Shown: in pieces, positions 59,401 through 64,000 of the stretch
Numbering within the stretch: the stretch's first letter is position 1
Layout: the number at the start of each line of letters is the position of its first letter
NCBI GenBank assembly: GCA_937625935.1
Contig: OW569394.1
Coordinates: 1-64,000, forward strand
Length of the DNA: 64,000 nucleotides
Source: Tetramitus jugosus
Lineage: Eukaryota; Protista; Heterolobosea
Direction: 5' to 3'
Position numbers and translations under genes: made by a program
The notes under the pieces: generated by a model
The model's input: only the letters and a program-made list of their open reading frames with translations
Told to the model about the DNA's origin: nothing
Database searches by the model: none

Positions 59401-62400
59401 TGACCCCGAAACATGTTGTTAGTTCACACTCGGCACCAAAGTATCCGGCATCACAAGTACAAACATCATTTGCTGTGCATGTTCCTCTCCAGGTGCAAAC
59501 TAGTGGATCATCGGCCAAAACACCAAAACATCGCGTACCGTTTAGCAACAAGAGTGAATGTGTCGCTCCAGCACCTACACCAACCAAAAAAGTGGTTGGA
59601 AAATGTTTGTTCACTTTTTGGGGTACGGGCTGTAATCTTGTAGTGATAGTCTCGTCGCCCAATTGTGAATAACTATTTATGCCCCAAGAATATCCGACAC
59701 CTGTATCTGACAATGCAGTAACCCAGTTTGTCGATCTGCTCGTGAATATTTCTTTCACGAAAACACCTTCAAGGTTCTTAACTAACTTGGGTACCATTCG
59801 GACTGCTCCCACAGCCAACGAGGAATCTCCCAACAATCCATCTGCGTTGCTACCCCAAGAGTAAACTTCTCCATTTTTGGAGACTGCAAAAGAGCTGTAC
59901 ATACTTGCAGCGATATGCGTAATCTGATTTGGAAGACCTCGCGCCAGTAAAGTAGGAACTGATTTGCTTGTAAGAGTCATGTCACCCAGTTGACCTACGT
60001 TATTCAGTCCCCAAGAATATACTTGCCCAGAATCACCCAACGCAAGTGCGTGTCCATATCCAGCAGCCACCTTTGCGATATTGGTCAATCCTAATACCTT
60101 CTGTACTGAAAAAACATCAGCCACTATTGCAGTACCCAACTGGCCGAACGTTCCATGACCAACAGAGTAAACCGAACCGACATTGGTCAAAAACAAAGTA
60201 AAGTAGGTTCCACACACGAGAGATTTAGGAACTTCCCCCTGTGCAAATCCAGACACAACTGAAGGCGTAGTACCGACTGCAGATGTTCCTGTGACATAGT
60301 AGCCCCAACCTCTCACAGTACCATCTTGTATAATGGCCATGACTCTGTCATAACCAGCACAACAATCCAGAACATTATTCAATACGTTGATAGGTTTAAT
60401 TCTGTTCGTTGTTGACCCATCTCCAACTTGTCCTTTCGCATTATACCCCCAAGTGTACACTTTTCCATCTTGAGTGAGGGCAACTGAGAAGACGTCTCCG
60501 GCATCCACTCTCTTCAACACTTGTTTAGTTAACAGCCCTTGAAGCAACACAGCTTCGCTCGCATATCCAATTGAGGGAACATCCTCACTCGCTAGCTGAC
60601 CATACTCGTGACGTCCGATTCCATAGCCTATACCACTCACAACATTCTCACAATTCGAACCAGAATAACCCATATCGCATAAGCATAAATCTACCCCTGT
60701 ACAAGCTCCTCGTCCAGAACACACATTAGATGCGTTGTTCAGCACACCATGACAGTGAAATGAGTCACAATTCAAACCGGTGACTCCACTTTCACATGAA
60801 CACTGATCAAAGCTCATACAATTTCCGTGATAGGAACAAACTGAAGGATCATCAGCCAACACCCCGAAACATGAGAGTGAATTGTTGTAAATAACAAGGG
60901 TGTGATAACAACCGACCGACAAGCCTACGACCTGACGATCAGGAAAGAATAAGTTATACTTAATGGGTCGAATTTGCTGTGCTAGCGTTCCATCTCCGAG
61001 TTGGCCATTCGAATTACTACCCCATACGTATGCTGTGGACTGGGAAATGACACCCATCGAAGTGGCTGCTGCAGGGCATATGACATTAGATAGTCTGCGA
61101 GAAGTTTTATCGGCCAGTGGCGCTGCAACTGATTGATAATTGAGAGCGTACGACACCGCAGCCGAATTAATTCCCAATTGTCCCTCCACATTTCTACCGG
61201 CACCATACAGTATGCCATCTGCAATGACATAGGAGGATTGAGCAGATCCCGAAATTTCTGTCACCTTTTTGCCTGCTAACGGAGAAGTGGTCATAGGAAT
61301 GGCCTTCCATCTATCAGTGTAAGAGCCATCTCCCAGTTGACCATTGCCATTATGTCCCCAACGATACAATGTCCCATCGTCTGCGATGGCCATTGAAAAA
61401 TAAACTCCTGCTGCGATCGCTGCCACCTTTCTCTTGTAAACCATTCCTGTCAACAAAATTGTCTGGGGAAGGTATCTTGCATTGGTTGTTCCATCACCCA
61501 GCTGGCCCTGACCATTATAGCCCCAAGCTAACAGTGTTCCATTTCTCAGCAATGCCATGGCGTGAAAATAACCGCAAGCGACCGACGTGACATTTTCGCC
61601 CGAGAGAACTCCTTCTATTCTAAAAGGTGACGAGAAATGAGTAGTGTTGCCTGTTCCCAGTTGACCGTTAGAATTATCACCAAACGACCAGACAGCCCCC
61701 GTGTCATCAACAACCATGGAATATGCATATCCTGCACACATCGATCTCACATTTCCAAACGGTCCAGAAATCAAAACTGGACTCTGCTTATCAATGAGAG
61801 TACCATCTCCCAATTGCCCTCTGCTGTTTGCTCCGACTCCGTACAAGGTACCAGTGGACAGCAATACTAATGAAAATGATGTTCCAGATACGACAAAGTG
61901 AACAGATTGGCCGGAAAAAGACAAAGAAGGGACAGGAATCATTCTTTTCACTCCAGTTTTACCTAGATTATCTGCAAGTTGCCCCATACTATTATCTCCT
62001 GCACCATAGAGAAGTCCTTCATCCTTTGCATCGCAAGTCAGACCTGAATACCCTTGATCACACAAGCAAGTATCAATAGTCAAGCATTGCCCGTGACCAG
62101 AACATGTGGTTGGATTGGATGATTCTATTCCATAGCAGAAAGGCAAACTGCAATCACTACCCGTAAATCCGTCATTGCAGGAACAGATATCATTACCAGT
62201 ACAGTTTCCGTGACCAGAACACACGAGAGGATCAGACATGAAAATTGCAAAGCAAATGATCGAATCAACAAGATACAGATTATGATTAAAACCGACTCCT
62301 GTTTGCGTAATAGTACCCCAAACAACGGGAGATGTAATATTTTGCATCACAGTGTGAGTTCCTGTGACACCAATGCCAAACTGGCCTGTAAGATCTTGTC

Positions 62401-63712
62401 CCCAACCCCAAACTTGGTTGTTTTGTTCAACCACCTGAACACTCTCTGCCAAAAAACTAGAATAGATAGTCTGGATCACCTTTCCTGTAGCTATTGTCGC
62501 TTCGACAGGAACCATAGAAAGAGAGGAAATTGCAGTATTTCCTAGCTGACCGAGTGTATTGTCGCCCCAAGACATAACAATACCACTTTTCAGAACGGCA
62601 AATGAGGAGCTTTTTAAAGCTGCTATGGAAATAACCACATCACTTTGTGCGACAAAAAAAGGAACAGCGAACACCCCACCATCGCCGACACCCACCTGAC
62701 CTCTGTCTGAAGTACCCCATGCGTAAACACAACCCTTACTATCCAAAACGATATTATGTTTCTCTCCTGGTGCAATGTCAATCCATCGTATGACCTCTCC
62801 GTTCTCATCTGACTCGCTGATGCTTGTTGGTATTGGAACAGCCGAGCCAATTGCCTTACCATTACCAAGCTGACCATGCATATTAGCCCCCCAAACAAAC
62901 ATTGTTTTAGAAGAAGTTATAGCAGCTGAATGATATTTTCCACATGCAACTTTGACAACCTTTTGGAATGCGGCTGGTCCAGCTACCTTAACGGGGACTA
63001 ATGAGTTTGCTGTGGTTAATAGGCGACCTAACCATCCTCCGGCATTTGGGTCCACTGTCGTGTCTATATTGGTTCCCCAAGAATACACATTGCCATCTGA
63101 ATCTGCAGCTAACCCATGATAAAAACAAGCTGCAATAGACACAATTCTCTTCCCTTGCAAATCACCTCTCAATATAGAGGGAATCCTTTCATAAGTCGAA
63201 GAAAAACCCAATCCCAATTGAGCATAATTGTTCTTTCCCCATGCAAAGACTTCGCCTTTAGTGTTGAGAGCCAAAGAGAACCTGTCACCTGCTGAAACAG
63301 CCTCCACATGCATCAAACCCAAGTAATCACCAACTCTAATTTTCGTCAAACTATTCGACTGTGGTGTTAAGTCTCCTAGCTGTAAAAACGAATTATCACC
63401 AGCTGAAAATACCAGACCTCGGGTTCTTTGAGCACAATCTGGAAGCTCATAGTTATCATGACAAAAGCAAGTATCATTTGCGATACAAATGCCACGAGAT
63501 GAACATACAGAAGCATCAGTAGCGTCGATACCAGAGCACAATGTAGCTGAACTCACTTCTGAAAGAATGAATAAGCACCATCTTCTAGTTCATCATACAT
63601 CAATCAAAATCAACATACCTTTTGTACCTCCCCACAATAAGAGAAGAAATAGCAACAACACAACCGTCCTTGCTGTTATGAGTTTCTCGCGTACCCCTTC
63701 TTTGGGCTTCAT
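38444..63712 (-). CDS. Giant (~8400 aa) type I membrane protein: 14 RCC1/BLIP-II propellers separated by EGF pairs, 25-EGF stalk, IPT-like region, TM
   Basis: 25-kb open frame; signal-peptide exon 63712-63619 joined in frame by GT-AG intron 63618-63559; WGxNxxGQLG repeats; TM ~38770-38870. Confidence 0.93.
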
Positions 63713-64000
63713 TATTTGTAGTAGTATACAGATGACTTGATTGTGTTTTGTGCCCCAACAATCCGTTCGAAAGCAATAAGTCATTTTGAGATTACGTGAG
63801 CAGCTGTACGGTTGCTCCTCGTTGTTAGATAACACTATAAATGATTACACCGGCAGTTGGGTAAGCGGGTACTCCAGTACTACGACGTCTTTTTCCGAGT
63901 CTGTACAGAGTCGTCAATGGTATGCTTGCCGCACCAGTAATAGTAGTTCACTCAATCAAAATCGCTCCTTATACTGATATCCGACACCCGGTGAACATCC

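Noticed and set aside
38544-63740. Many short overlapping or antisense ORFs within the giant gene
   Set aside because: By-products of repetitive coding sequence
1-64000. Ciliate origin suggested by the TTTGGG telomere
   Set aside because: TAA, TAG and TGA all act as stops, and the introns seen are 60-96 nt

Overview
Chromosome end of a standard-code eukaryote. It has short GT-AG introns, compact genes and Naegleria/heterolobosean-like EGF and RCC1 surface proteins; that taxon is an inference. Layout: (1) a (CCCAAA)n = TTTGGG telomere at 1-876. (2) A non-coding subtelomere with direct repeats and several hairpins built from telomere-like sequence, ~1.7-2.4 kb. (3) A ~10 kb block (~2.6-12.7 kb) of tightly packed, apparently intronless orphan genes, several frameshifted. 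It includes an intact 480-aa protein with the motif order and spacing of a herpesvirus/HK97-type capsid maturation protease fused to a scaffold-like tail. I interpret this as a decaying telomere-proximal endogenous duplodnavirus (mirusvirus-like) fragment carrying an AT-rich cassette of cellular origin, part of it CpG-free. (4) Partly degraded host genes: Cdc1/MPPE1 and an SH3-containing NADPH oxidase. (5) Intact host genes: SNG1/DUF3533 permease, hairpinin-like secreted peptide precursor, cathepsin B-like protease with Cys-rich modules, V-ATPase subunit a, double-MRH lectin, fibrinogen/EGF receptor, F-box/ankyrin protein, 2OG-Fe(II) oxygenase, and a ~8400-aa receptor with 14 extracellular RCC1 propellers. 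No database searches were run; all calls come from motif reading.
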